Origin: an uncultured SAR86 cluster bacterium
GTDB taxonomy: Bacteria; Pseudomonadota; Gammaproteobacteria; Magnimaribacterales; AG-339-G14
Direction of reading: 5' to 3'
Assembly (NCBI GenBank): GCA_902595715.1
Contig: CACJRI010000006.1
Span: forward strand, 8,428 to 72,427
DNA: 64,000 nt
Shown here: positions 45,748-57,864 of the stretch, piece by piece
Position numbering within the stretch: the first letter of the stretch is position 1
Layout of the letters: each line of letters starts with the position of its first letter
Position numbers and translations under genes: made by a program
The notes under the pieces: model-generated
Database searches by the model: none
The model's input: the letters and a program-made list of their open reading frames with translations, nothing else
What the model was told of the DNA's origin: nothing

Positions 45748-47010
45748 ATGTCTGAAAATCAAGAAACAGATAAAAAATTATTTTGTTCTTTCTGCGGAAA
45801 GAATCAATCTGAAGTCAAAAAACTAATAGCTGGACCTTCCGTATACATATGTGATGAATGTGTATCTCTATGTAACGATATAATCAAAGAAGATTTAGCT
45901 GAAGCAAATCAAGAATCCTCCGAGGAAAAATTACCTGTTCCAGAAGAAATTAAAGCAATTCTTGATGATTATGTTATCGGACAAGAATCTGCAAAAAAGA
46001 CATTAGCAGTTGCGGTTTACAATCATTATAAAAAATTAAAGAGTTCTCAGTCTTCCAGTGAAGATGTGGAGTTAGGAAAAAGTAATATTCTTTTGTTAGG
46101 TCCTACAGGCAGTGGTAAAACTCTGCTAGCACAGACTTTAGCTAGACTTTTAGATGTTCCTTTTACCATTGCGGATGCAACGACATTAACCGAAGCCGGA
46201 TATGTTGGAGAAGATGTTGAAAATATTATTCAAAAACTCCTTCAAAAATGTGATTACGATGTTGAAAAAGCACAAGTTGGAATTGTTTATATAGATGAAA
46301 TAGATAAAATTGCGAGAAAATCTGATAATCCTTCAATTACTAGAGACGTTTCTGGTGAAGGAGTCCAACAGGCATTACTTAAGCTTGTAGAAGGAACTAC
46401 GGCATCAGTCCCCCCTCAAGGTGGAAGAAAACACCCTCAACAAGAATTTTTACAAGTAGATACATCAAATATTTTATTCATTTGCGGTGGGGCTTTTTCA
46501 GGACTAGAGGAAATAATTAAAGCTAGATCTGAAGAAAGAGGTATGGGTTTTGAAGCATCTGTTAAGAAGAAAACACAAGGTTTTGATTCGAAAGTAATTA
46601 AAAACTCTCAACCTGAAGATTTGATTAAGTATGGGCTCATACCTGAGTTTGTAGGTAGGTTACCCGTAATGGCTACCTTAGATGAATTAGATGAAGATGC
46701 TCTTGTCACAATTCTTACTGAGCCAAAAAATTCTTTAACAAAACAATTCAAAAAACTATTTGAGATGGAAGATGTAGAACTCGATATCAGAGATGATGCC
46801 TTATTGGAAATAGCTAAACTTGCAATAGAAATGAAAACTGGGGCAAGAGGTTTAAGGTCAATTTTAGAAAAATCTCTTTTAGATACCATGTATGAAGTTC
46901 CGTCTGTAGAAAATCTTGAAAAAGTTGTATTGGATGCTTCTTGTATCAAGGGCGACTCCAAACCCTTATTGGTTTACGAAACTGATTTAGATTCAAAAAA
47001 ACTTCAATAA
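45748..47010 (+). CDS. clpX: ATP-dependent Clp protease ATP-binding subunit ClpX
   Basis: C4 zinc finger CSFCGK..CDEC, Walker A GPTGSGKT, Walker [10 protein letters not shown], and GARGLR sensor. Confidence 0.97.
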   Translation: MSENQETDKKLFCSFCGKNQSEVKKLIAGPSVYICDECVSLCNDIIKEDLAEANQESSEEKLPVPEEIKAILDDYVIGQESAKKTLAVAVYNHYKKLKSSQSSSEDVELGKSNILLLGPTGSGKTLLAQTLARLLDVPFTIADATTLTEAGYVGEDVENIIQKLLQKCDYDVEKAQVGIVYIDEIDKIARKSDNPSITRDVSGEGVQQALLKLVEGTTASVPPQGGRKHPQQEFLQVDTSNILFICGGAFSGLEEIIKARSEERGMGFEASVKKKTQGFDSKVIKNSQPEDLIKYGLIPEFVGRLPVMATLDELDEDALVTILTEPKNSLTKQFKKLFEMEDVELDIRDDALLEIAKLAIEMKTGARGLRSILEKSLLDTMYEVPSVENLEKVVLDASCIKGDSKPLLVYETDLDSKKLQ

Positions 47011-47038
47011 CTTGTTTTTTTTTCTTCAGACCCTATAT
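47011..47038 (+). promoter_or_regulatory. Candidate sigma32-type (heat-shock) promoter for lon
   Basis: CTTGTTT (47011-47017), 13-nt spacer, CCCTATAT (47031-47038), compared with the consensus CTTGAAA-N13-17-CCCCATnT. lon is sigma32-dependent in E. coli. Confidence 0.35.
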
Positions 47039-47055
47039 AAAAGTTAGAGGTTGTT

Positions 47056-49440
47056 ATGAATATTCCATTAGTCCCCCTTAGAGACGTAGTAATTTTTCCA
47101 GGTGTCGTCACACCTTTATTTGTTGGCAGAGAATCGTCAATCAATTCTCTTCAAAAAGCCATGTCGGATGATAAATCTGTAATGTTGGTTGCTCAAAGAG
47201 AGGCAAATACAGAAAACCCCAATCAAAAAGATTTATATGACATCGGAACTATCTCCACAATATTGCAACTAATTAAACTTCCAGATGGAACATATAAAGT
47301 TCTAGTCGAAGGAATAAAGCGAGCAAAATTACAAAACTTAATAGCTGGAAAAGACATTTTAGAAGCTGAGGTCGATATTCTCGAAGATTCGGAAATGGAA
47401 GATGATCTCAAAAAAAGTTATGTAAACACTTTGCAGTCTCAATTTAGAGAACTTTCAAAAACATCTCAAAAAATTAGACCAGAAATTGCTAATCAAGTTA
47501 GATCAATAGAGAGATTAGAAAAGCTAATTGATACCTTAGTTGGTCATTTATCGATTTCCATAGCAGACAGACAAATTTTACTCGAGGAACTTGATTTAGA
47601 AGAGAGAGCAAAAAATTTAGTCAATCTTCTTGAAACTCAGCTTGATCTTACTCAAATGGAAAAAAAGATTCGTAACAGAGTTAAGAAACAAATGGAAAAG
47701 AGTCAAAAAGAATACTACTTGAGTGAACAAATGAAGGCTCTCAAAAAAGAAATGGGTGAAGGTGATGACGTTGATGATGAGGTAGAGGTTCTTGAAAAGA
47801 AAATTAAAGAATCTGGAATGCCAGAAGATGCCAAAGAAAAGGTCAATACAGAATTAAATAAATTCAAGCTCATGCCTCCTATGTCGGCTGAGGCTTCAGT
47901 TGTAAGAGGCTACATTGACTGGATGACTAGTATTCCTTGGAAAAAGAAGTCTAAAATCCAAAAAAATATTGAAAATGCTAGTAAAGTTTTGGAAACAGAT
48001 CATCATGGTCTCGAAGAAGTCAAAGAAAGAATTCTCGAATATCTTGCTGTTCAAAAAAGAGTTTCAAAACTCAAGGGTCCTGTCTTATGTTTAGTTGGGC
48101 CTCCGGGTGTAGGAAAAACTTCTTTAGGAGAATCAATTGCAAGAGCGACTGGCAGAAAATTCACTAGAGTTTCTTTAGGTGGAGTAAGGGATGAAGCTGA
48201 AATAAGAGGGCATAGAAGAACTTATATTGGTTCGATGCCTGGAAAAATACTCCAGAAGATGTCTAAAGTTGGAGTTAAAAATCCTTTATTCCTTCTTGAT
48301 GAAATAGACAAAATGGGAATGGATTATAGAGGCGATCCTTCTTCTGCTCTTCTTGAAGTTTTAGATCCTGAACAAAATCATACTTTTAATGATCACTATC
48401 TTGAAGTTGATTATGACTTATCAGATGTCATGTTTGTGTGTACAGCTAATTCTTTGGATATTCCTGCACCTTTGTTAGACAGAATGGAAATCATCAGATT
48501 ACCCGGTTACACAGAAGATGAAAAATTAAGTATTGCTAAAGATTATCTAGTAAAAAAACAACTCAAGAATAATGGATTGGATGAAACTGAAATTAATATT
48601 ACAGATAACTCTATATTGGATGTCATTAGGTATTACACAAGAGAAGCCGGTGTTAGATCTTTAGAAAGAGAAATAGCAAAAATTTGCAGAAAAACAATTA
48701 AAAAGATTGCTGATCTTAAAGAAAAAAAATTAATTAAAGTTACTCCCAAAACACTTGAAGATATCTTAGGAGTAAAAAAGTTTGATTATGGCGAGGCTAA
48801 AGATAAAGATCGTATCGGTCAAGTAACTGGTTTGGCATGGACACAAGTAGGCGGAGAACTTTTAACGATTGAAGCTTCAGCATTTAAGGGTAAAGGTAAA
48901 ATTATTAAAACTGGAAAACTGGGAGATGTAATGCAGGAGTCTATCCAAGCTGCAATCTCAGTGATTAGAGCAAGAGCAGAATCTCTAGGTATTAATCCAG
49001 ATTTCCATGAATTAAACGATCTTCATATTCACGTGCCAGAAGGCGCAACTCCAAAAGATGGTCCTAGCGCTGGTATAGGTATGTGTACTGCAGTAGCTTC
49101 GGTCTTATCCGAAATTCCTGTTAGAGCTGATGTTGCTATGACAGGGGAAATCACTTTACGAGGTGAGGTTCTCAAAATCGGCGGTTTAAAAGAAAAGTTG
49201 TTAGCTGCTAAAAGAGGCGGTATTAAAACAGTATTGATCCCTGAAGGTAATGTTGGAGATTTAAGAGAAATTCCTGAGAAAATAAAATCTAAATTAGAAA
49301 TCAGGCCTGTTAAGTGGATCGATGAGGTTTTTGATCTTGTTTTGACTGAAAAACCAAAAGTCTGGGAAGAAAAAGGTGAAAATTCATCCAAATCTACCAG
49401 AGGAAGAAAAACAAGAAAAGATAAGCTTGAAACCCATTAA
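47056..49440 (+). CDS. lon: Lon protease (LonA)
   Basis: 794 aa. LON N-domain, Walker [10 protein letters not shown], Walker B LLDEIDK, and proteolytic PKDGPSAG (Ser) with K further downstream. Confidence 0.97.
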   Translation: MNIPLVPLRDVVIFPGVVTPLFVGRESSINSLQKAMSDDKSVMLVAQREANTENPNQKDLYDIGTISTILQLIKLPDGTYKVLVEGIKRAKLQNLIAGKDILEAEVDILEDSEMEDDLKKSYVNTLQSQFRELSKTSQKIRPEIANQVRSIERLEKLIDTLVGHLSISIADRQILLEELDLEERAKNLVNLLETQLDLTQMEKKIRNRVKKQMEKSQKEYYLSEQMKALKKEMGEGDDVDDEVEVLEKKIKESGMPEDAKEKVNTELNKFKLMPPMSAEASVVRGYIDWMTSIPWKKKSKIQKNIENASKVLETDHHGLEEVKERILEYLAVQKRVSKLKGPVLCLVGPPGVGKTSLGESIARATGRKFTRVSLGGVRDEAEIRGHRRTYIGSMPGKILQKMSKVGVKNPLFLLDEIDKMGMDYRGDPSSALLEVLDPEQNHTFNDHYLEVDYDLSDVMFVCTANSLDIPAPLLDRMEIIRLPGYTEDEKLSIAKDYLVKKQLKNNGLDETEINITDNSILDVIRYYTREAGVRSLEREIAKICRKTIKKIADLKEKKLIKVTPKTLEDILGVKKFDYGEAKDKDRIGQVTGLAWTQVGGELLTIEASAFKGKGKIIKTGKLGDVMQESIQAAISVIRARAESLGINPDFHELNDLHIHVPEGATPKDGPSAGIGMCTAVASVLSEIPVRADVAMTGEITLRGEVLKIGGLKEKLLAAKRGGIKTVLIPEGNVGDLREIPEKIKSKLEIRPVKWIDEVFDLVLTEKPKVWEEKGENSSKSTRGRKTRKDKLETH

Positions 49441-49468
49441 AAAAGGTGTTTTAGGGCCTAAATCTCGC

Positions 49469-49497
49469 TTGACAGAAATATATCTACATGTCTAAAT
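49469..49497 (+). promoter_or_regulatory. Candidate sigma70 promoter for hupB
   Basis: Perfect -35 TTGACA (49469-49474), 17-nt spacer, weak -10 CTAAAT (49492-49497). Confidence 0.3.
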
Positions 49498-49553
49498 CAC
49501 ATTATCGACATTGTGTCTGAAGATTTTAACAACTTTATTTAGGAGAGAGACTA

Positions 49554-49823
49554 GTGAATAAAGCCGAACTAATAGAAGCAGTTGCAGACGCAACTGATAC
49601 CTCAAAAGCAGAAGCCAGCAGAACTTTAGATGCTGTGCTAGATTCAATTGCAGGAGCTTTAAGTAATGGAGATTCCGTCCAGCTTGTTGGATTTGGAACT
49701 TTCAACGTAAGAGAAAGAGCAGCAAGAATGGGAAGAAACCCTGCAACAGGAGAAACTATCCAGATCGCAGCTTCTAAAGGCGTAGGTTTTAAAGCCGGTA
49801 AAAGTCTCAAAGATAGTTTATAA
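49554..49823 (+). CDS. hupB: DNA-binding protein HU
   Basis: MNKAELI..VA, GFGTF.VRERAAR.GRNP.TGE.I.I motifs. GTG start with AGGAGAGAG SD. Confidence 0.95.
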   Translation: MNKAELIEAVADATDTSKAEASRTLDAVLDSIAGALSNGDSVQLVGFGTFNVRERAARMGRNPATGETIQIAASKGVGFKAGKSLKDSL

Positions 49824-49834
49824 ACTCATTTTTT

Positions 49835-49872
49835 AAAACGCGTCCTATGTTTTTAGGGCGCGTTTTTATTTT
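49835..49872 (+). terminator. Rho-independent terminator after hupB
   Basis: Stem ACGCGTCCT / AGGGCGCGT (9 bp, one G-T) with an 8-nt loop, followed by TTTTTATTTT. Confidence 0.75.
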
Positions 49873-49883
49873 ATAATCCTTAA

Positions 49884-51683
49884 ATGTCTGCACTTCAAAA
49901 TATCAGAAAAGGTCTATCATCGACTGGGTCATCTATCATTGTCGCAGTACTAATTTTTGGTTTAGTAGCAACTTTTGGTGGATTTCTAACAGATCCATCT
50001 GCTCCTTCAAACTCACCACTAAAAATTAATGGTAAAAATATTTCTTTTGGAGAATATAATTTAGAATTTAGCAGACTATCTACATTGTTTTCTGAAGGTG
50101 AGGTATCTGAAGAATTAATCAACGAAATAACTAGAAACTCTATAATTTCTAAAGAATTGGTATATCAAAAAGCTCTAGATTTAAAAATGAATGTTTCTGA
50201 TGATTTTGTAAATACCTTAATTGCAAACGACACGTCATTCCAAACAAATGATGAATTTGATACATCCTTATTTTCAGGGTATATGGCAAGACTTGGTCTA
50301 ACAGTTAATGATTATAGAGAAGTAGTGAAGTCAAAATATTTGGCAAATAGTCTAAGTGACTTCATATCTCGTTCTGAATTTTCTTTAGATTCAACTGCTT
50401 TGAATTTTATTCAGGCTACAAATCAACAAAGATCTTTAAGTTTTTTTAAATTAGATCTTCTCAAAATTGCCGAAAAGGAAGTAATTCCAGATTCTGAGAT
50501 CTTGAATTATTATCAACAAAATCAATTTAAATTTATTGAACCCAAAAAAATTGGTATTAACTATATTTTGCTAAATGAGAATCTTTTTAAAGATACTTTG
50601 GAAGTTACTCCTCAAGAAATTCTAAATGAGAGAAATCTTTTAGAAGAGGGCGATGATAACTCTCAAACAAGAGTAAGTCATATCCAGCTAAGCTTTTCTT
50701 CTGAAGAGGACAGACAAGAAAAATTAGAGACAGCCAATATAATTCTAAAGAAACTTTCCGATTCAATAAGCTTTGAGTCTCTAGTTGAAGAATATTCTGA
50801 TGATTTTGGTAGTAATAGTAATGGCGGAGACTTAGGTTATACCGATGGAACAATTCTTCCTGAAGAATTTGAATTACAAATAAAAAACTTATCAATTAAT
50901 GATGTTTCTCAAATTATAGAAATGCCGGGATCAATTCATATTTTAAAGGTTACAGAGAAAAATAATTTTCTTTTTTCAGATGATGAAATCAAAGACATGA
51001 TTTTATCTAATAAATCTCAAGAAATTCTTAATGAAACTCTTTTAAATATTGAAGATAATTATTTTGGCTTTAACTTAGACGTTCTAAGTACTGATTTGAA
51101 CCTCAAAGTTCAAAAATCAGATGCATTTAATAAAGATAATTTACCAGAAGACTTATTTTCCTTTGATGTTTCAGAGGAAATTTTTGATCAAAACGATGTA
51201 AGTACAGAGTTTTTTGGTCCTTATGAAGATGAAATAGGTAATTTTCTTTTATACGAAGTTAGAGAAGTAAAGGAAGAAACCTTACTTTCTCAATTAGAAG
51301 CAGAGCCGGAGATTAAAAAGATACTTCAACTTGAGCAAGCGCAAGATTCCATTCTTCAAGAGTTAGAAAAGTATGAAGCCAAAGCTAATGATAATGAGTT
51401 ATCAGAATTTAATTCTTATTCATTGATAAAAAGAGATAGCAGTCTTTTACCAGATAACTTGCTAAGTGACCTATTTACAGTCGACCTTGATAAACCGGTC
51501 TTTATTTCTTCTCAAGAAAATGGAGACTTCTATGTGGTCAGATTGACAAAAGTCAAAAATTCAAAAAATCTTGCAAAAAAAGAAGATATAGAAGCAGCTA
51601 AGAATTCCTTGAAAGCATTGAATTCAAGATCTTATCTCGATACTTTTTTTAAAGAATTAGAATCAACTTCTTATATTAATTAA
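49884..51683 (+). CDS. ppiD: Periplasmic chaperone / peptidyl-prolyl isomerase PpiD
   Basis: N-terminal TM anchor, SurA-like domain and central parvulin domain (SHIQL...GGDLGY). Conserved position after hupB. Confidence 0.85.
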   Translation: MSALQNIRKGLSSTGSSIIVAVLIFGLVATFGGFLTDPSAPSNSPLKINGKNISFGEYNLEFSRLSTLFSEGEVSEELINEITRNSIISKELVYQKALDLKMNVSDDFVNTLIANDTSFQTNDEFDTSLFSGYMARLGLTVNDYREVVKSKYLANSLSDFISRSEFSLDSTALNFIQATNQQRSLSFFKLDLLKIAEKEVIPDSEILNYYQQNQFKFIEPKKIGINYILLNENLFKDTLEVTPQEILNERNLLEEGDDNSQTRVSHIQLSFSSEEDRQEKLETANIILKKLSDSISFESLVEEYSDDFGSNSNGGDLGYTDGTILPEEFELQIKNLSINDVSQIIEMPGSIHILKVTEKNNFLFSDDEIKDMILSNKSQEILNETLLNIEDNYFGFNLDVLSTDLNLKVQKSDAFNKDNLPEDLFSFDVSEEIFDQNDVSTEFFGPYEDEIGNFLLYEVREVKEETLLSQLEAEPEIKKILQLEQAQDSILQELEKYEAKANDNELSEFNSYSLIKRDSSLLPDNLLSDLFTVDLDKPVFISSQENGDFYVVRLTKVKNSKNLAKKEDIEAAKNSLKALNSRSYLDTFFKELESTSYIN

Positions 51684-52470
51684 CTTCAGATAAATCGCCC
51701 ATAGCAGTGATATTAAATCCTGCATCAACATAAAGTATTTCGCCTGTAATTCCGCTAGCTAAATCTGAACAAAGAAAAGCAGCTGCATTACCCACCTCTT
51801 CAGAAGTGATATTTCTTTTCAGCGGGGCTCTAGACTCGTTATAAGAAAGCATTTTCTTAAAGCTTTTCACTCCTGATGCAGCCAATGTTTTTACTGGTCC
51901 AGCAGAAATTGCATTTACTCTAATTTGGTCAGCACCCATACTATTTGCAAGATATCTTGTAGTAGATTCTAAAGCTGCCTTTGCAACTCCCATGACATTG
52001 TAGTTTGGCAAAGTTCTTTGTGCTCCAAGATAAGAGAGGGTTAATAATGAGGCATTTCTATTTTTCATTAAATGCTTAGCTTTTTGGGCAAGAGCGGTAA
52101 AGCTAAAAACACTAATATCGTGGGCAATCTTAAACCCTTCTCTGGTAGCAACATCCACAAAATTTCCATCTAGCTCGTTTGCCGGGGCAAATCCAACAGC
52201 ATGAACTACTCCGTCTAAATATCCCCATTTAGCTTCAACTTCTTTAATCAGAGAATCTATTGAATCATCATCACTTACATCGCATTCAAAATAATTTTTA
52301 CATCCCAAAGGATCTCCAACCTGGGAGACTTTTTTTAATAATCTCTCGCTTTGATAAGATAAAAATAAATCAGCTCCTTGTTCAGACATAGATTTTGCTA
52401 TTCCAGCTGCAATTGAAAATTTGTTCGCTACACCAACAATTAGAAACTTTTTATCTTTAAGAAATGACAT
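51676..52470 (-). CDS. fabI: Enoyl-ACP reductase (NADH), FabI
   Basis: [27 protein letters not shown] (Tyr/Lys) and NAISAGPV.T motifs. Met7 start is preferred (the ORF is open to 52488). Confidence 0.95.
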   Translation of the reverse strand: MSFLKDKKFLIVGVANKFSIAAGIAKSMSEQGADLFLSYQSERLLKKVSQVGDPLGCKNYFECDVSDDDSIDSLIKEVEAKWGYLDGVVHAVGFAPANELDGNFVDVATREGFKIAHDISVFSFTALAQKAKHLMKNRNASLLTLSYLGAQRTLPNYNVMGVAKAALESTTRYLANSMGADQIRVNAISAGPVKTLAASGVKSFKKMLSYNESRAPLKRNITSEEVGNAAAFLCSDLASGITGEILYVDAGFNITAMGDLSEVN

Positions 52471-52548
52471 TAAAAATAATTTTAGCATTCCAATTGGTAA
52501 AAAAGATTTTTTATCGTAATTTAAATCAAATATAATCGTTTTTTTCCC

Positions 52549-55335
52549 ATGAAAAATTTTTTACTATTTTTTTTAATTTTTTCTTTTTTTGGAACTTTAT
52601 TTGGAGAAGTTACTGAGGATGTTTACGTAACTGGTAGTTCAATTAAGAAATCTTCATTATTAGTTGCTAATCCAATATCTTCGTTTGATTTAGACGATAT
52701 TAAAAATAGAGGAACTCTTCATATTGAAAACTTTCTTAGTTTTTTACCTCAAATAAATCCAAGTAACTCATCTTTTCACTCTAATAAAGCAACTGGGACT
52801 GCATCTGTAAGTTTAAGAGGACTTGGAGGTACTAGGACCTTAGTTCTTTTGAATGGAAAAAGACTTTCTCCTGGATCGCCGATGAATGGAACAGCAGAGC
52901 AAGATTTAAGCCAAATTCCTCTCTCGTTGATTAAGAAGGTTGATGTTCTTACAGGAGGCAAGTCAACGATTTATGGTTCCGATGCAATAGGTGGAGTAAT
53001 TAATTTTCAATTAGATAGAAAATTTTCTGGGATAGATATCTCATACCAACATTCTTTTTATAACCATCAAAATGATGATGATAATTTGAGAGCTCTGCAT
53101 ATTTCTAACAATTATGATTTGTCTCCTAAATCTGTTTCCGATGGTCATAAAAATGCTATACAAATTTCTTTAGGGTATGAAATTTTTAAAGATATTCATC
53201 TTACTTCTTTCTTTAACTATAGGTCTGTTGATGAAGTCACTTGGTCTCAAAGAGACATAAGCGTCTGTGCTTTGAGTGGAAATGATACTTGTAGGGGCTC
53301 AAGTACATCGCCCGAGGGTAAATTTAGTGAAAATAGAGTTGGAGGAAAAAACTTTTACGTTCAAAACGATACCTTTGTTGAAGGCACAACCCGATATAAT
53401 TTTGCGTCAAAAAACCATTTACTTAGACCTGATGAAAAAAACGATGTAGGAATCTTACTGACTTTTGAAAATCTTAAGAATCATGTTTTCAATTTAGATT
53501 ACTTTAGGACATCTCACAAAACTACCGGCCAATTAGATTATTCAGGAGTTTTTCGACTTTCTGTAGATCTTCCTTGTAATAATCCTTTTTTATCAAATCA
53601 GCAATTTAATACTATTTGTACAAATAACGGCTTGTCATCATCAGATACTGCTCCTCTATATATCAGCAGAAGAAACATTGAAGGCAATCCAAGAAGACAG
53701 AGCTTTAAGCATTCTACGGATAGGGTGGTCTTCGATGTTGAAGGTATGATTAACAATGATTGGTTTTACAATTTTAGTCTTCAAAGTTCAAGAACTTCTG
53801 TTGATTTTACTTACTTCAACGATATTTCTAAATCTAGAGCAACAAATGCATTAAATGTAACAGGATCGGTATCTAATCCTGTTTGTGTATCAGGAGGCAA
53901 CTGTAAACCTTGGAATATTTTTAGAATAACAAACGGCAATGTACAGAATTCAGCAGCATTAGGTGTCACTCAAGAAGCTCTAGACTACATATCAACGAAT
54001 TTGAATGTAGATGCCGAACTGACTGAAAATCAGTATAGGTTTGTGACCTCAAAATCTTTTATATTAAAGAATTCAATTTTACCTTCTTTAGATTTAGCCT
54101 TAGGTATTGAATATAGAAATTTAAATTTAAAGAAAAATGCGGAAGATTTCTCTGATGGAGCGGGTCAACAATATCCTCACTCAAGCTTATATGGAGACTT
54201 AGAGGTCAAAGAATTTTTTTCAGAAATTTATTTGCCTTTAGTGACAGACACCAATTTAAACTTAAGTATTAGGTATTCCGATTATTCATTAGAGGATGAT
54301 GCTTTAACTTATGACTTAGGATTGGTACATCTGTTTAATGATAAACATACACTTAAGTTTTCACAGCAAAAAGCTATAAGAATGCCGGATATTAATGATC
54401 TTTATAGTCCTGCAAAAGTACAACAAACTTTTCTAGACAATGATCCTTGTTCCGGAGCAAATCCTCAAAGATCTTTTTCTGATTGCTCGAGAACTGGGGT
54501 AACTCAATCTTTATACGGAACAATTTCAAATACTGAAGATCAAGTAAATTCTCTTATAGGCGGTAATCTAAATCTACGCCCTGAAACTGCAAATACAAAT
54601 AGCTTAAGTTACCTTTTTTCTGATGAAATTGATTTGGAAATCGATTTCTATTCGATTTCTCTTAAGGATAAAATTGGATCAGCAGATGCATCATTTATTT
54701 TAAATCGATGTTTGGATTCTGGAGAATCTTATTTTTGTAATCTAATAGAGAGAAATTCAACAACAGGAACTTTTTATGAAGGAACAGGAAAAATTGCTTC
54801 GCCTCTTTTAAATGTATCTAGCCAAAAAATTTCCGGTTTAGATATAAATATTGTTAAGACACTTTTTATGGATTTTGGCGAACTAAGAATTAATAATTTT
54901 CTTTCTTACTTGCTTAAAAATGACATTCAGCTTAGATCATCGCTTCCGATTGAAGATTGTAAAGGTAAGTATGAAAATACCTGCGGATTACCATCACCAA
55001 AATTTCAAAATGTATTTAACATGGAATTTATTTATAAAATTTTACAATTTGATACTTCAACAAATCTCACAATTCGCTACATTGATAGCGTTGAAGATTC
55101 AAACGCGACCAACCCAATTGATTTCAGCAGTTTTTATTATTTAGATGCAAATTTTTCAATAAATTTGATCGACGACATAAATTTTTCTTTTGGAATTAAT
55201 AATATTCTAGATAAGAATCCGCCTTTAAACGGAAGATCGATCAATTATGTACCCGGGAATGCTAATACTTACCCATCTTATTATGATCCACTAGGAAGAT
55301 TTATTTATTTAGATATTGCAAAGAGAATCTATTGA
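52549..55335 (+). CDS. TonB-dependent outer-membrane receptor
   Basis: Signal peptide, TonB-box-like EDVYVTGS, plug motifs ([26 protein letters not shown]), a long beta-barrel, and C-terminal ..YLDIAKRIY. Confidence 0.9.
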   Translation: MKNFLLFFLIFSFFGTLFGEVTEDVYVTGSSIKKSSLLVANPISSFDLDDIKNRGTLHIENFLSFLPQINPSNSSFHSNKATGTASVSLRGLGGTRTLVLLNGKRLSPGSPMNGTAEQDLSQIPLSLIKKVDVLTGGKSTIYGSDAIGGVINFQLDRKFSGIDISYQHSFYNHQNDDDNLRALHISNNYDLSPKSVSDGHKNAIQISLGYEIFKDIHLTSFFNYRSVDEVTWSQRDISVCALSGNDTCRGSSTSPEGKFSENRVGGKNFYVQNDTFVEGTTRYNFASKNHLLRPDEKNDVGILLTFENLKNHVFNLDYFRTSHKTTGQLDYSGVFRLSVDLPCNNPFLSNQQFNTICTNNGLSSSDTAPLYISRRNIEGNPRRQSFKHSTDRVVFDVEGMINNDWFYNFSLQSSRTSVDFTYFNDISKSRATNALNVTGSVSNPVCVSGGNCKPWNIFRITNGNVQNSAALGVTQEALDYISTNLNVDAELTENQYRFVTSKSFILKNSILPSLDLALGIEYRNLNLKKNAEDFSDGAGQQYPHSSLYGDLEVKEFFSEIYLPLVTDTNLNLSIRYSDYSLEDDALTYDLGLVHLFNDKHTLKFSQQKAIRMPDINDLYSPAKVQQTFLDNDPCSGANPQRSFSDCSRTGVTQSLYGTISNTEDQVNSLIGGNLNLRPETANTNSLSYLFSDEIDLEIDFYSISLKDKIGSADASFILNRCLDSGESYFCNLIERNSTTGTFYEGTGKIASPLLNVSSQKISGLDINIVKTLFMDFGELRINNFLSYLLKNDIQLRSSLPIEDCKGKYENTCGLPSPKFQNVFNMEFIYKILQFDTSTNLTIRYIDSVEDSNATNPIDFSSFYYLDANFSINLIDDINFSFGINNILDKNPPLNGRSINYVPGNANTYPSYYDPLGRFIYLDIAKRIY

Positions 55336-56927
55336 TGCATTGGCTACTAATATTTTTTTTATTTCTTGCCGGTTGCTCGGGAAACACTGATCAGAAATCA
55401 AAAGTTGATCTTTATTCAGAGCAAGGAATTCTACTTCTTGGAAATGGCACAGAACCTTCTGGAATAGATCCTCATATTGTTACAGGAGTTCCAGAACATA
55501 AAATATTGTTAGCTCTTTTGGAAGGCCTCGTTATTTTTAATCCACAAAACAACGGAGTGCTTCCTGGAGTAGCATCAGAATGGGTGATAAGTGAGGATGG
55601 CTTAACTTATACTTTTATTTTTAATCCAGAGGCGAAATGGACAAACGGCGAATCAGTGAAACCTGAACATTTTGTTTATTCATGGAAAAGAATTCTTTCG
55701 CCTGAACTAGGAGCGCAGTATGCAGACATGCTATATGTCATAAAAAATGCTGAGAGCTTTCATAAAGGTCAAATTAAAGATTTTTCCAAGGTCGGAGTTT
55801 CTGTGTTTGAAAATAAGCTTGTGGTTACATTGGAAAATCCAACTCCTTACTTTTTAAATATCTTAACTCATTATTCGACGTGGCCAGTTCACCCTGAAAC
55901 TGTTGAAAAATTTGGTGGAATGACTAGTAGAAATAATAAATGGACTAGGGTAAATAATTTTATTGGTAATGGTCCTTTTAAATTAGATTCATGGGAAATA
56001 AATAAATCTCTTAAGGTATCAAGAAATGATCTTTATTGGGGTAACGATTCAAATAAAATTAACGGCATAGAATTTCTCCCCATTGATAATGAATTAACTC
56101 AAGACCGTTTATTTAGATCTGGTGGAATTCATTTAGCAAATACTGTTCCAACAGAAAAAATAATTAGATACAGAGAAGAAAGACCAAAGGAATTAGTTGA
56201 ACATAATTATTTTGGAACTTATTACTATAGAATCAATACAAATAAATCTCCATTGAATGATGTAAATTTCAGAAAAGCATTATCTTTATCTATAGATCGT
56301 GACTTAATTGTAAAAAGTATTTTAAAAGGTAATCAAAAAGTATCTTATTCTTTCACTCCTCCAGATGAAAATAGCTATAACCCAAGTACCAAATTAGAAT
56401 TTAATCCAGTAAAGGCAAAACTACTTTTTAAAGAATCAGGATATGACATAAATAACCAACCTCTAGAGGTGCTCTATAATACCTCCGAAGGTCATCAGAA
56501 AATTGCTCAAGCTATTCAAGAAATGTGGAAAAAACATTTGGGATTGAATGTAATTTTAACCAATGTTGATTGGAAAGTTTATTTAGCAAGAGAAACTCAA
56601 GGAGAATTTGATATATCTAGAGCCGGTTGGATTGGCGATTATCCTGACCCATTTACTTTCCTTGATATGATGGTGACAGATAGAGGAAATAACAAAACTG
56701 GCTGGAGTAATGCTAGATACGATGAAATTTTAAATAATGCAGCTTCACAAATTTCAACAACAAAGAGATATGAACTATACGAGGAAGCAGAAAAAATTCT
56801 CATAGATGAACTGCCTGTCATTCCTTTATATACTTACACTAGAACATATCTCTTGAGTGAAAGGGTTAAAAATTGGCAAAAAAATATTTTAGATACCAAT
56901 CCATATCAATTTCTAAGTTTGGAATAA
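55335..56927 (+). CDS. ABC transporter solute-binding lipoprotein, family 5 (OppA/DppA-like)
   Basis: Lipobox FLAGC and family-5 SBP motifs (..EGL...N..G...PG.A..W..S.DG.TYTF.....AKW.NG..V....F.YSW.R). The start overlaps the receptor stop (TGATG). Confidence 0.85.
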   Translation: MHWLLIFFLFLAGCSGNTDQKSKVDLYSEQGILLLGNGTEPSGIDPHIVTGVPEHKILLALLEGLVIFNPQNNGVLPGVASEWVISEDGLTYTFIFNPEAKWTNGESVKPEHFVYSWKRILSPELGAQYADMLYVIKNAESFHKGQIKDFSKVGVSVFENKLVVTLENPTPYFLNILTHYSTWPVHPETVEKFGGMTSRNNKWTRVNNFIGNGPFKLDSWEINKSLKVSRNDLYWGNDSNKINGIEFLPIDNELTQDRLFRSGGIHLANTVPTEKIIRYREERPKELVEHNYFGTYYYRINTNKSPLNDVNFRKALSLSIDRDLIVKSILKGNQKVSYSFTPPDENSYNPSTKLEFNPVKAKLLFKESGYDINNQPLEVLYNTSEGHQKIAQAIQEMWKKHLGLNVILTNVDWKVYLARETQGEFDISRAGWIGDYPDPFTFLDMMVTDRGNNKTGWSNARYDEILNNAASQISTTKRYELYEEAEKILIDELPVIPLYTYTRTYLLSERVKNWQKNILDTNPYQFLSLE

Positions 56928-56931
56928 TATT

Positions 56932-57864
56932 TTGATTCAATTAATCTTAAAAAGATTATTCACTTACATTCCTGTTTTATTAGTCGTAGTCATTATTACA
57001 TTCTTAATGATTCATGCTGCACCGGGAGGACCCTTTGATGCTGAAAGGGTGGCTTCGCCAGAAATAATTGAGAAGTTAAATGAAGCTTATAATTTAGATA
57101 AACCAATTCACGTTCAAATTTATAATTATTTATTTAATGCTATTCAAGGAGATTTTGGACCTTCTTTTAAATATCCCGGCAGAACAGTCACAGAACTTAT
57201 TATGTCAGGATTACCGACAACTATTGAACTAGCAATTTACTCAATTCTTTTCGCAATTTTTTTAGGAGTAATTTCTGGACTTGTAGCTTCATTAAATCCA
57301 GGAAAAATTTTAGATATTGTACCGATGTCCATTTCGTTACTAGGCATTTGCATCCCTTCAATTATTCTAGGGCCAGTATTGGTTTTAATTTTTGGAATTT
57401 GGTATGAAGTTTTACCTGTTTATGGATGGGGCGACAATCCCGGCGATAAAATTCTACCCACAATAACTCTTGGTACTGCCTATGCAGCTATTTTTGCAAG
57501 ACTTACTCGTGGAGGGATGTTGGAGATTCTCGGTCAAGATTATATAAGAACAGCAAGGGCAAAGGGTCTTTCAGAAATTAGGATTGTTATTGTTCATGCT
57601 CTAAGGGGTGGAATTTTACCGGTTATAAGTTTTTTGGGTCCTGCGATTGCCGGATTACTTGCAGGGTCTTTTGTGGTTGAAACTATATTTCAAATAAATG
57701 GTGTAGGTCGATTTTATGTTCAAGCAGCATTCAATAGAGACTATACGATGATCTTAGGCACTTCTATTTTGTTTACTTTTATGACTTTAACCTTTGTGTT
57801 GATTTCAGATATTATGGCTTCCTTTTTGAATCCAACCTTGAGAGATTCAGGCGGTCTTGAATAA
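56932..57864 (+). CDS. ABC transporter permease (OppB/DppB-like)
   Basis: 310 aa, 6 TM helices, EAA-loop-like DYIRTARAKGLSE....HALR. Confidence 0.9.
   Translation: MIQLILKRLFTYIPVLLVVVIITFLMIHAAPGGPFDAERVASPEIIEKLNEAYNLDKPIHVQIYNYLFNAIQGDFGPSFKYPGRTVTELIMSGLPTTIELAIYSILFAIFLGVISGLVASLNPGKILDIVPMSISLLGICIPSIILGPVLVLIFGIWYEVLPVYGWGDNPGDKILPTITLGTAYAAIFARLTRGGMLEILGQDYIRTARAKGLSEIRIVIVHALRGGILPVISFLGPAIAGLLAGSFVVETIFQINGVGRFYVQAAFNRDYTMILGTSILFTFMTLTFVLISDIMASFLNPTLRDSGGLE

Noticed and set aside
49535-49810. 91-aa minus-strand ORF
   Set aside because: It is fully antisense to the strongly supported hupB gene, with a low-complexity Ala/Ser/Leu translation.
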